DNA of 63,609 bases, the filler included, from Octopus bimaculoides (taxonomy: Eukaryota), in the NCBI RefSeq assembly GCF_001194135.2. It is 5 parts of 5 records of this genome, joined end to end, with 100 filler letters (N's around TTAATTAATTAA, not from the genome) between each part and the next. Parts side by side here need not be neighbours in the genome. Positions count along the whole stretch, not along the records: positions 27,904 to 56,603 come from NC_068990.1; positions 56,704 to 60,399 come from NC_068996.1; positions 60,500 to 62,454 come from NW_026388817.1; positions 62,555 to 63,609 come from NC_068982.1; 1 more part is not named here. One strand, written 5' to 3'. The notes under the pieces are model-generated. The model worked only from the letters and a program-made list of their open reading frames with translations. It was not told where the DNA came from and made no database searches. Of the stretch, positions 53,926 through 63,609 are shown one piece after another. The position numbers and the translations under genes are program-made. Every line of letters starts with the position of its first letter. Positions within the stretch are counted from its first letter, which is position 1.

Positions 53926-54310
53926 GGCCGTGTGGTTAAGAAGCTTGCTTCTCAACCATATGGTTTTGGGTTCAGTCCCGCTTTGTGGTACCTTGGGCTA
54001 GTGTCTTATTCTGTAGTCTCAAGTTAACCTAAGCCTTGTGAGTGGATTTTGATTGGTGGAAACTGAAAGATGCCCATTGTGTGTGTGTCTGTCTGTCTGT
54101 TTTTATATTTTGTTTGTCTACCATCACTGCTTGACAATTAGTGTTGGTTTGTTTATATCCCTGTAACTTAGCTCTTCAGCAAAAGTGATCAATAGAATAA
54201 GTACTAGGCTTTAAAAAAAATAAGTACTGGGGGTCAATTTATTTGACTAAACTCTTCAAGATGGTGTCCCAGCATGGCTGCAATCCAATGAATGAAACAA
54301 ATAAAAGTTA
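53926..54310 (+). mobile_element. SINE family A, CpG-decayed copy
   Basis: Full-length similarity to the other A copies. Confidence 0.85.
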
Positions 54311-54517
54311 AACGATACTAAACCAATTCACCATGGAACATTCAAGTACCAGAAGGTTTTTGTTTTTCTTCTCATTCATGTCCTTCAATGATTCTTCACT
54401 TCTCTGGTCAACAGAAATCCTGCTTTCAAAGTTTTTTTTCCTTCCTTGTTCTTGGGACTAATACTACCAAGATTTTATCTGGTCATGTTACTTGCACAGA
54501 TTCCCATAACTCTGTGT

Positions 54518-54770
54518 GGTGATGTATGGCTTAATAGTTAGGGTGTTGGGCTTATTGTAAGAGTGTGGCTTCGATTCCTGGACTGGGAAATGTGTTGTGT
54601 TCTTGAGTAAAACACTTCATTTCACATTGCTCCAGTCCACTCAGCTGGCAAAAATGAGTAATCTTGTGACAGACTGGCATCCTGTCCAGGTGAGAGATAT
54701 AATATATGCCATGAAACCGGGAAACTGGCCCTTATGAGTCGGTATGATTTGAGAAGGTAACTTTACCTTT
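54518..54770 (+). mobile_element. tRNA-derived SINE family D
   Basis: A-box-like tggcttaatagttagg, B-box-like ttcgattcc, then gtgttcttgag...ccagtccactcagctggcaaaaatgagta. Confidence 0.8.
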
Positions 54771-54899
54771 ACTATGACTCTGTCACCACTCAATTCTATC
54801 TGAATTGGGAAATTGAGTCATGATGAACCTTTCATTAGCTGATAACACAACCATGGATACTGCCCCTATGGATGTGTTGCAGTTACTCCTTTGATAGTG

Positions 54900-55235
54900 C
54901 TTGGTGATCCTGATCATCGATCTTTTAGGCTTCCTCTGCTGAACATCAGTGCAAGAAGCACCATTAGTTCAGTCGAGCTCTTCCACTGTGTCTTTACAAT
55001 CTGTCATGCTGCAGTCCCATGACTTTGCTGTATACCTCTCAGGATGGCTGAACGAGTGCTATATACTTCATGGAAGGGCAACCCGTAACTGTGTACAAGT
55101 TTATTGCCAAAATTATGTTTCTGGCATTCAGCTTTGAAACCATTATTCTTCTTACTCGCCACAGGTAGTCTTCCTTTATCTTTTCTTTTATTTCATTGTG
55201 TGTAATTCCACCTGCTTCAGGTATTCCCAGGTATT
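54900..55235 (-). mobile_element. R4/Dong-type LINE fragment
   Basis: ITHNEIKEKIKEDYLWRVRRIM and SKLNARNIILAINLY on the minus strand. Confidence 0.6.
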
Positions 55236-55252
55236 ATTATTTTTATTATTAT

Positions 55253-56035
55253 TAAGGCAGTGAGCTTGCAGAATCGTTAGCTTGCCAGACAATATACCTA
55301 GAATTTTGTCTGTCTTTAGGTTCTGAGTTCATATACTGCCAAGGTTGACTTTGTCTCTCATTCTTTTGGGGTCAATAAACACTGAGGTTGAACACTGAGG
55401 TCAGTGTAATCAACTTACTCCAGCCTTAAACATTGCTGGCCTTGTGCCAAACTTTGAAACTATTATTATTATTAAGGCGGCGAGCTGGCAGAATCATTAG
55501 TACACTGGACAAAATGCTTAGCAGCATTTTGTCTGTTGCTACATTCTGAGTTCAAATTCTGCCAAGGTCAACTTTACCTTTCATCCTTTCAGGGTTGATT
55601 AAATAAGTACCAGTTAAACATTGGGGTTGATGTAATTGACTCATCCCCTCCCCCAAAATTGCTGCTCTTGTGGCAAAATTTGAAACCTGACAGGTATACG
55701 GCGAGATCGACTTTGCCTTTTATCCTTCTGGGGTTGATAAATTAATCGACTAGCCCCGTCCCCCAAAATTTCAGGCCTTGTGCCTTTAGTAGAAAGGATT
55801 ATTATTATTATTAAAGGGTGATAGATTTGTGGACTCATTAGAACATTATAAAAATGCCTTGCAGTATTTGTTCTGGCTCTTTATTTTCTGAGTTCAAATC
55901 CTATGACAGCTAACCTTGCTTTTCATTTCTCCAGGGTCAATATAATAAACTACCAGTCAAGTACTGAGTTTGATAGCTTCAGATAACCTCTTCCTTTCAA
56001 AAATTGCTGACCTTGTGCCTAAATTAGAAACAGTT
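55253..56035 (+). mobile_element. Head-to-tail array of four SINE family B copies linked by TTA tails
   Basis: Copies start near 55253, 55474, 55695 (3' part only) and 55815; three of the four are preceded by (TTA)n. Confidence 0.8.
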
Positions 56036-56381
56036 CATTTTATAATTTCACTTAAAAACTTGGAATCTGTAGAATAATAATCAACTGGTAGTAAAGTTAG
56101 TATAATCGATTGTAATGACTTAAGATAAGTGATTTTGTGTGAATGTTAGAAATCATTTTATACAAGATAGGTACACTTCAGTCTTGTCACAGATTCTGAT
56201 AAAATCCGCCCAGTCTACACTGTAAAGTGATTGATTATTGGAAAGGCATCCAACTGTAAAGCCATACTGGACAGAAAACAAATTCAGAGATTGGCACTTT
56301 CATCTGTGTGTATGTCAGATGATGAGGGACTGTGGGACTTGTTTAACCCAGGCTAGCATGGAAAGCAACAACAATGATGAA

Positions 56382-56603
56382 CATGTGCGGGCGACACATG
56401 AAATCTTTCGAGCGGGATCGTTGCCAGTGCCCCTGGACTGGCTCATGTGCGGGCGACACGTGATATCTTTTGAGTGAGACCGTTGCCAGTGCCCATGGAC
56501 TGGCTCTTGTGCGGGTGACACATGAAATGTTTCGAGCGGGATCGTTGCCAGTGCCCCTGGACTGGCTCATGTGCAGGCGACACATGAAATCTTTCGAGCG
56601 GGA
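56382..56603. repeat. 62-bp tandem repeat, at least 3.5 units, truncated by gap
   Basis: Units start at 56387, 56449, 56511 and 56573. Confidence 0.95.
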
Positions 56604-56827
56604 NNNNNNNNNNNNNNNNNNNNNNNNNNNNNNNNNNNNNNNNNNNNTTAATTAATTAANNNNNNNNNNNNNNNNNNNNNNNNNNNNNNNNNNNNNNNNN
56701 NNNTGTTGCTGTCGTGTGGTACACGGAACAGTTCTCAAAGAGAAACTGGACCGAGACAAATTTGGCCGCCGAGTTAAAGCTATTTATAACAAACTATTGG
56801 CTCACCAGATGGTAGAAATATACTCTA

Positions 56828-56923
56828 TCACGTGACCTTATTAGGGGCCGTGATTGGTCAGTTTGCGTTCTGGCGGGAAAGGTTCGAAGTAGTTGCCGAT
56901 TCGAATAATAATCAGTCACGTGA
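56828..56923. promoter_or_regulatory. CpG-rich promoter-like motif cluster (E-box, inverted CCAAT, E2F, CHR-like)
   Basis: TCACGTGAC 56828-56836, ATTGG 56853-56857, TGGCGGGAAA 56871-56880, TTCGAA 56883-56888 and 56900-56905, GTCACGTGA 56915-56923. CpGs are retained here within CpG-poor surroundings. Could instead be a young non-autonomous element. Confidence 0.45.
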
Positions 56924-56970
56924 TGACAAGGAATGGGTTCTCTACTACGCTCGCATTTATTTATATTTAA

Positions 56971-57022
56971 ATGAGAAGATTGTATGTAATGGCGATAGTA
57001 GTTTTGTATCTAGTGACGATAG
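56971..57022 (+). CDS. Candidate first coding exon encoding a signal-peptide-like segment
   Basis: ATG AGA AGA TTG TAT GTA ATG GCG ATA GTA GTT TTG TAT CTA GTG ACG ATA G|GTAGTT gives MRRLYVMAIVVLYLVTI with a phase-1 donor, about 50 nt after the motif cluster. No downstream exon identified. Confidence 0.3.
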
Positions 57023-57036
57023 GTAGTTTCACTACA

Positions 57037-57054
<18 letters not shown>

Positions 57055-57068
<14 letters not shown>

Positions 57069-57280
57069 CCTATGTGTTTGCATGTCTGTGTTTGTCCTTC
57101 CCACTATTGCTTGACAACCAATGTTGGTGCGTTTACATCCCTATAACTTAGCAGTTTGGCAAAATAGTCCAATAGAATAAGTATTAGGCTCACAAAGAAT
57201 AAGTCCTGAGATCGATTTGTTCGACTAAAGGCAGTGTTCTAGCATGGCCACAGTCAAAATGACTAAAACAAGTAAAAGAA
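57055..57280 (+). mobile_element. SINE family A, 3' half (in NUDT6-like intron)
   Basis: cttgacaacc...gaataagt...cagcatggcc-like body. Confidence 0.8.
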
Positions 57281-57305
57281 CATATATATATATATATATA
57301 CTCAC

Positions 57306-57411
57306 CAATATATTGATTTGCATATTCTGGCAATGTATTGGGTTCATCTGTTTTCAACCATTTGTTGAGCATAACATAACCTGGCTGAGCATGATGGAAA
57401 TCAAATCCACA
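57306..57411 (-). CDS. NUDT6: Internal coding exon of a NUDT6-like Nudix hydrolase (N-terminal part preceding the Nudix box)
   Basis: Acceptor tttgctttcttccAG and donor ATTG|GTGAGT flank a 106-nt exon (phase 0 to 1). It translates CGFDFHHAQPGYVMLNKWLKTDEPNTLPEYANQYI(G), and the other two frames contain stops. It matches the GF-F/Y-HHA-x-x-x-Y-x-ML-x-x-W...P-x-x-L/I-P-x-Y/N-A-x-H/Q-x-V/I-G signature of animal NUDT6 and plant NUDT6/7-type proteins (recalled, not searched). Other exons were not found. Confidence 0.85.
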
Positions 57412-57612
57412 CTGGAAGAAAGCAAACAATGATATAGAGTAAAATAATTATTTATTCAGAATAGAAATATGAAGAATCACAGCTCCGTTTCTAGATGACT
57501 GATGACAGATAATTGTGGTGGGAGTTGTTGTTGTTCCTGTCTAGCCCTAGGTAGCTTTGATAAAGCAGATTTGTAATCAAAGACATTCCAATCATGTCCA
57601 TCTTATCTGTGT

Positions 57613-57850
57613 GGAGGCACATGGCTTAGTGGTTAGGGTGTTGGACTCATGATTGTAAGGTTGTGGTTTTGATTCCTAGACTGGGCAATGTGTTGTGTTC
57701 TTGAGCAAAGCACTTCATTTCACGTTGCTCCAGTCCACTCAGCTGGCAAAAGTGCCAACGATGGACTGGCACTTTTGCCAGTGGAGAATTTATATACCAT
57801 GAAAACTGGGAAACCAGCCCTCGTGAGTCAGCATGACCCAAGAAGGAAAC
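57613..57850 (+). mobile_element. tRNA-derived SINE family D
   Basis: A box TGGCTTAGTGG 57622-57632, B-box-like ttgattcc, same body as the 54518 copy. Confidence 0.85.
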
Positions 57851-58449
57851 TTTACATCCTGCCTGTTCTAGATCAGAGACTACATTGGCCAGCATATCCG
57901 CCTTTATTTAGCATATTAGAGTGTAGTTTGAAGAAGATTTGGCTATTTTTAGTAGGTTGAGCAACTTCCTTGAGGTTTTCTTTTTGGTTATGATCATAGA
58001 TGGAATGTTCTACTTAAAAATCACATCACAAACATTAAAAGAAATAAAAAGGTTTTACAAAAACTGTAAAAATTAAAAAGACTAAGCAAAAGATGGGTGG
58101 GGTTGGAATACACACACATCTATATGTATACACACACATCTATACCTGTATGTGTGTATGTGTGTGTGTGTGTGTGTGCATTTGTATTGGTTGGGATAAT
58201 GGAGTTTTCTGAGTTCTGATCAGTTGGACCATGTCTTGAGTCAAGCTCATAAACCAGGTAGAAAATTGTGGTGTGTGTATCTATGTAAAGTGTTGTCATC
58301 AATGTGGCTTTGTGACCAGTTGAGGCATATGCTGAATCATGTTTGTAAACTATACAAGAAATTATATGGTGCATGGGAATGTGTTGTGATATTGAAAAGC
58401 TTCCAACAAAGTGGGACATGCACACAGTTTATTCATGGAGTACAAGGAG

Positions 58450-59690
58450 ATTTCATACTAAATGACTCACATAGAAGTATCATCATCAGCTGGTAATGAG
58501 AAAATAAAAGGTTCTGAAAAATAGGCAAGTATAGAGGCATCAAATTGATGGACCAGGTTATGAAAGATACTGAGAGAGTTATGGCACACAACTAATTAGG
58601 AAGATGAGATACAGTTTAGATTCAGGCAAGAACAGGGAACTATTGATGTTCTTTTCTTAGTGAGACAAATACACAAGTTTTTAGCTAAGGGCAAACCATT
58701 ATACCCAATATCTGTTGATATTATGTATAAAGGTTTGCCCTAGATCTAGAGAAGGCCTTTGGCTCTTTGGTAGGGTTCCATAGATTTTAATTTAGTGGTC
58801 ATTAAGAAAAGTAGGGATAGATGAAGTTTCATGAGAGGAGTGCAAGCCATGCACAGATTATGATAAAATGAAAGTTAGCAAAGAATTCAGCTATGAATTT
58901 AGCATGAAAGGTATCTATTAGGGTTTGGTTATCAGTCTCCTCCTGTTTACTCACCAGACCATAACAGTGAAGTTCAAGAGTGGCTGACTATGGGAACTCT
59001 TATATGTTGATGACTTAAATCTCATAGCTGAATCCATTAAAGAATTAGAGGAAAAGTTCCAAACATAGAAGCAGAGATTAGATATCAGGTGTTCAAACAG
59101 TAAACCTAGCAATAACAAATGTCATAGTTAGCAGGATTGTTCTGGGAGTTGGTCATACTCAACATGCAAAAAAAGAGTAGGTAGTAATCCTATACTTTGT
59201 ACCCAAAGTAAATTATTGGTGCATTACAGGCAGGCTTTAAGAGAAGAAAGACTTCATATATAGCATATGCACAAGAGTAGTTAGTTGTAAGAGTACTTGT
59301 GAAATTAATTCTTTCTAATGCTTAAAAGGCTCTTTAGAAGTAGTTAGCTGTTTCCATTACCTAGGTGATCTAATTAGCAATGGAGGGCAGTGTTCTGAAT
59401 GCATAGTAGCCAAAATAGGTGTAGGGTGTAAAAGGTTTAAGGATCAATAAGAGAATTCTTTCTCTCACTGAGAGATTGTAAGGTAGTTGTGAATGAAGTG
59501 TGGTGTTACATGACAGCTAAACATGGGCAAGTGAAATCAGATGTAGTAAGAGAGAAGGAAAGGCTTTGTAGATATGTGATGTGTGTCGAGGATAACAGTT
59601 GTGTAAAGAAGTACCAGAAGATTCAGTTGGAAAGAACCTGCAAAAGAAGAATACCAGAGACATAGGAAAAGCAGTGAAGTCTGATCTCAG
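58450..59690 (+). mobile_element. RTE-clade LINE fossil (RT and downstream region)
   Basis: YRGIKLMDQVMKDTERV, QFRFRQEQGTIDVLFLVRQ, DLEKAF and LLYVDDLNLIAES. Confidence 0.85.
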
Positions 59691-59717
59691 AATGCTATAT
59701 ATATATATATATATATA

Positions 59718-60050
59718 GGTGAAGGCGCATGGTTCAGTGGTTAGAGTGTCGAGCTTACAACTGTGAAGTTGTGAGTTTGATTCCCAGATCAGGCTGCGTG
59801 TTGTGTTCTTGAGCAAGACACTTTATTTCATGTTGCTTCAGTTCACTCAGCTGTAGAAATGAGTTGCGACGTCACAGGTACCAAGCTGTATCAGCCTTTG
59901 CCTTTCGCTTGGATAACACTGGTGGCATGGAGAGGGGAGGCCGGTATGCATGGGCAACTGCTGGTCTTCTTGCCTGGACTTGTGCCTGGGAGGGTAACTT
60001 TCTAAGTGCAAACCCATGATCAGTCTAGTGCAAACTCCGAAGGGGATCTC
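59718..60050 (+). mobile_element. tRNA-derived SINE family D with a different 3' tail
   Basis: ggcgcatggttcagtggttagag...gtgttcttgagcaagacac...ctcagctgtagaaatgagt. Confidence 0.8.
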
Positions 60051-60066
60051 AAATATTCTTTATATA

Positions 60067-60399
60067 TATATATCTCTATATATAAAAATGAGAATGTGTG
60101 TCTGTCTGTCTGTCTGTCTGTCTGTGTGAATCCCTAAAACTCGAGAACTACGCAACCAATTTCATTCAAATTTTACACATGCCTCACTTAGGGTTCCAGT
60201 TGTGTTTTAGTCAAAAAAAATTTTTAACTTCTTGCAGAGTTTGAGCCCACGGCAACATAATATCTCCTCCGCTATTTAAGTATTACGTGTCAAAAATGAA
60301 ACAAAAACACTCATGTCAAATACTTTCACTTTAAAAATGAAACTATTCCACTAACTGAAACAATCACATTTCGATACTGTAATGACAGATACTTTCACA
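60067..60399 (+). mobile_element. Non-autonomous Helitron-like element, 5' part, truncated by gap
   Basis: atctctatatataaaaatg start, (CTGT)n tract and aactacgcaaccaatttcattcaaattttacaca motif typical of such elements. Confidence 0.55.
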
Positions 60400-60609
60400 N
60401 NNNNNNNNNNNNNNNNNNNNNNNNNNNNNNNNNNNNNNNNNNNTTAATTAATTAANNNNNNNNNNNNNNNNNNNNNNNNNNNNNNNNNNNNNNNNNNNNA
60501 TATATATATATATATATATACGGTTGAAATTTACGGAAAAGCAGAGGACGAAGACAGGTGTATTAAACAACAAGCAGGTGTATGAGTTTGGTACATACAT
60601 GTAAAGGAA

Positions 60610-60810
60610 CTTGGCTTTATGGTTAGGGAATCCGGCTCACGATCGGAAAGCCTCAAACTCGACCCCGAGTCACTTAAAATCTTCCTGAGAAGCACGTTAA
60701 GGGAACACGTGTCTGTGGAGTGCTCAGCCACTTGGACGTTAATTTCACGAGCAGGCTGTTCCATCGATCGGATCGACTGGAACACTCGTCGTGCTAATCG
60801 ACAGAATGCC
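60610..60810 (+). mobile_element. SINE (D-type head, internally deleted, with tail)
   Basis: tggctttatggttaggg...acgttaagggaacacgtgtctgtggagtgctcagccactt...atttcacgagcaggctgttcc. Confidence 0.6.
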
Positions 60811-60851
60811 ATTGTTGTATGAACGTATGTATTTATGTATGTGTATGTAGG

Positions 60852-60883
<32 letters not shown>

Positions 60884-60909
60884 TATACATACGTACGTAT
60901 GTATGTATG

Positions 60910-60940
<31 letters not shown>

Positions 60941-61189
60941 GTGCCAACTAGTTGATAATGTGTTAATTCACTACAGCTGTTTGCAACGAATTTTTAATTG
61001 ATTAAAGGAGATATTGNNNNNNNNNNAAAAAACGTTTCATTAAGTGAATACACGAGCCACAGCATTCAATAACATTGAAAAGCCAACGTGATGTGCATCT
61101 TCATGATTCTATGTCTCTTGCTGGTCATAGAATATATGTATAAGTGTGTACGTATGTATGTATGTCTCTTCAGTCTCGTGTCTGGTCCT

Positions 61190-61870
61190 AGCATGGCATC
61201 GCAAGGCAAGCAAAAGTTGCTGTGTACCGTGCATGTGTACTGACATCGCTCCTCTACCCATGTGAGACATGGACTCTGTACAAACGTCAGGTAAGGTTCT
61301 TTGAACGCTATTATCAGAGATGTCTCAGGCACATTCTCAATGTTGGCAGGACCTCAAAAATTCCAGACACCGCTGATTCCTGAGGACAGCTGATATCATG
61401 AGTATTGAGGCAATGGTGCATCAGCACCGGTTACGTTGGACTGGACAACTTATTAGAATGAAGGATAGCAGGATTTCTAAGCAGATGCTATATGCAGAGG
61501 AGACTCCGGCAGAAACCAAGGCTGCGAATTAAGGACTGTGTCAAGTCCTTATTAAAGGCCTGTGATATGCAGAACACTGACTGGGAGAACAATGCCTGTC
61601 ATCGCCACGGATGGAGGAAACAGGTTAAGGAGGGGATCGACACTTTTGAGAGAGCACGTATCCAGCGTGAAGAACTTAAACGAGCTGCACAAAAGCGCAC
61701 GGCTCGTATGGTGAATAGGGAAAGCTTGGTCTTCAATGTTTGCAGTCGTGTACGCTTGTCAAAAGCAGGGCTCATTAGCCACCAACGGAGCCGTAAATGT
61801 AAAACATAAGTTAGTCCTAGAGCGCACAATGTTCCTGAAGGTCGGCAATGGTCTTCCTCGGTCATGAGTG
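61190..61870 (+). mobile_element. RTE-clade LINE 3' fragment
   Basis: LLYPCETWTLYKRQ...QRCLRHIL, HRLRWTGQLIRMKDSRISKQML and CSRVRLSKAGLISHQRS. Confidence 0.85.
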
Positions 61871-62376
61871 GACGGCCATTATGTATATACGTTCATATAT
61901 ATGTATAACAACACAAATATTTACACACAAATATAGACACACAGGCAAATAGACCGACAGACAGACAGACAGACAGCTAGAGATAGATAGAGAGAGGGGA
62001 GGAGAATGTGGGTGGGAGTGAATGCCAAAAACGGGATGCTAGAGTGAAGAATGATGTAGAAGAGAGATCAGATTTTGAAAGAGAGACTGCGAACTATGCG
62101 GGAAAGAGAGAGAGAGAAAGGCCCACTGACAGAACTTAAGTGACAGAGAGGTAGGGAATATGAGGGAGGCGGTGTGAGTGAACTGTAGAGAAGGAGAGAG
62201 AGTAAACTGTGTGGAAGGGAATAATATACGAAAGAGAAGAATAGATAGAGAACTGTTTGTGAGAGAGGGCGATAAAAGGAAAGAGATATTGGGAAATATG
62301 CGTGTGTGTGTGTGTTTATGCGTGTTTCTGTGTGCGTGTTTGTGAAAAGAACAGAGAGCTTGAAAGATCTACACAG

Positions 62377-62450
<74 letters not shown>

Positions 62451-63170
62451 ATGTNNNNNNNNNNNNNNNNNNNNNNNNNNNNNNNNNNNNNNNNNNNNTT
62501 AATTAATTAANNNNNNNNNNNNNNNNNNNNNNNNNNNNNNNNNNNNNNNNNNNNTAACCCTTTTTTAAACCTAACACAACTCTCAATTCTCATGCATCCT
62601 TATTTTTCCAACCATTATATACATGAACTACCATTGAACTTCAAAAGCTCAAAGACAATATAATGTATTGGTATATTTATTTTTTTATATATTATTTTTT
62701 TTTAATATATTATTTTCTTCATTTTGTACTTTGTAAAAAACATTTTCATTCTCCTTCTTGAAAATTTGCTTCGCAATGAAAGCCGGTTAGAAATCTTTAT
62801 TAAAATATGCTTCCAGTTTTAGCATTCTGCCTTATTCTTCATTTTCCTATATATATATGTGTGTGTGTGTGAGTGTGTTTATATATATATGCATGTGTGT
62901 ATGTGTGTATATATATATTCTTTATTCTTTTTATATATATATAGTAGAAGCAAGGACCTGAACCCTTCAAAGGGATGTTTAGCATCCAAGTTCCCGAGGA
63001 AAAGGCTAATTTGTGATTTCAAAAGGATTATATTTTCCTCAAAGTTACGAGGGAGAAATTCGAATCTTGTGAATTTTCCGAAGTCCTCTCCTCACCCCCT
63101 CAGAAGAGATTTTACCCACAAATTTCTTTATACTCGTAATCTATACCGTTTGAAAAACATTTATATAAAA

Positions 63171-63609
63171 CTAGCAGAGATATCCGGCGTTGCTCGGGAT
63201 TAAAATGGTATAGTTTGTATATATATTACAGTTATGTTGAAACAGGGGATACGGGAAAGTGCAGCATTGACGACAAAACATTTGTAGAGTAAATGATGGT
63301 CTAATTCAACTAATCGACATGTAATACATCCGTTTGGAGGATTCCATGCCCTAACCTAGCGTGGAAAACTGGGGTGGGGGTGTGTAATTTTTGAACCCAC
63401 CGAAAAGCTGTCAGTGGATATACTCGCCTTTGAGGCGGTCAGCGATGCCTGTAACACAACCCATCGTATGGTTAACAGTCAAATGAATAGAGGTGTAATG
63501 GAGATATTGTACGTAAATGGGTACATTCTGGAAATGGGCTGTAATGGGAGACGGTGACGGGGAAGTGAACTGTCGAAAGAGGTTGAGGAGGAGTTGGAAG
63601 TGCTGGCAA
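63171..63609 (-). mobile_element. Helitron 3' end, continuing beyond the window
   Basis: The minus strand ends cccgagcaacgccggatatctctgCTAG followed by T: a subterminal imperfect hairpin plus CTAG. Confidence 0.65.

Noticed and set aside
56387-56603. Hammerhead ribozyme or retrozyme in the 62-bp units
   Set aside because: GAAA is present but the CUGANGA core is absent.
57613-57690. tRNA gene
   Set aside because: A/B boxes are present but continue into a multi-copy SINE body; no complete cloverleaf.

Overview
AT-rich, repeat-saturated animal genomic DNA with many assembly gaps. The SINE families and microsatellite load point to a coleoid cephalopod, most likely Octopus (inference). Most of the window is degraded transposable elements: tRNA-derived SINEs of at least four families, R4/Dong-type, RTE, Penelope-like and Jockey/I-like LINE fragments, a Gypsy RT fossil, Tc1, mariner DD34D and DD37D (maT) DNA transposons, hAT, pogo/Tc2-like MITEs and Helitron ends. 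Nearly all listed ORFs are microsatellite, N-gap or TE artefacts. One host exon is confidently recognisable: a 106-nt minus-strand exon (57306-57411) of a NUDT6-like Nudix hydrolase. The most interesting observations are: (i) a CpG-decayed domain at about 44.3-59.7 kb consistent with gene-body methylation; (ii) a CpG-rich E2F/NF-Y/E-box cluster with a candidate signal-peptide exon antisense inside the NUDT6-like intron; (iii) stacks of elements sharing TAA/TTA microsatellite targets; (iv) several unannotated candidate exons. No CRISPR array, rRNA or bona fide tRNA gene was seen, and no complete novel system can be proven from this window alone.
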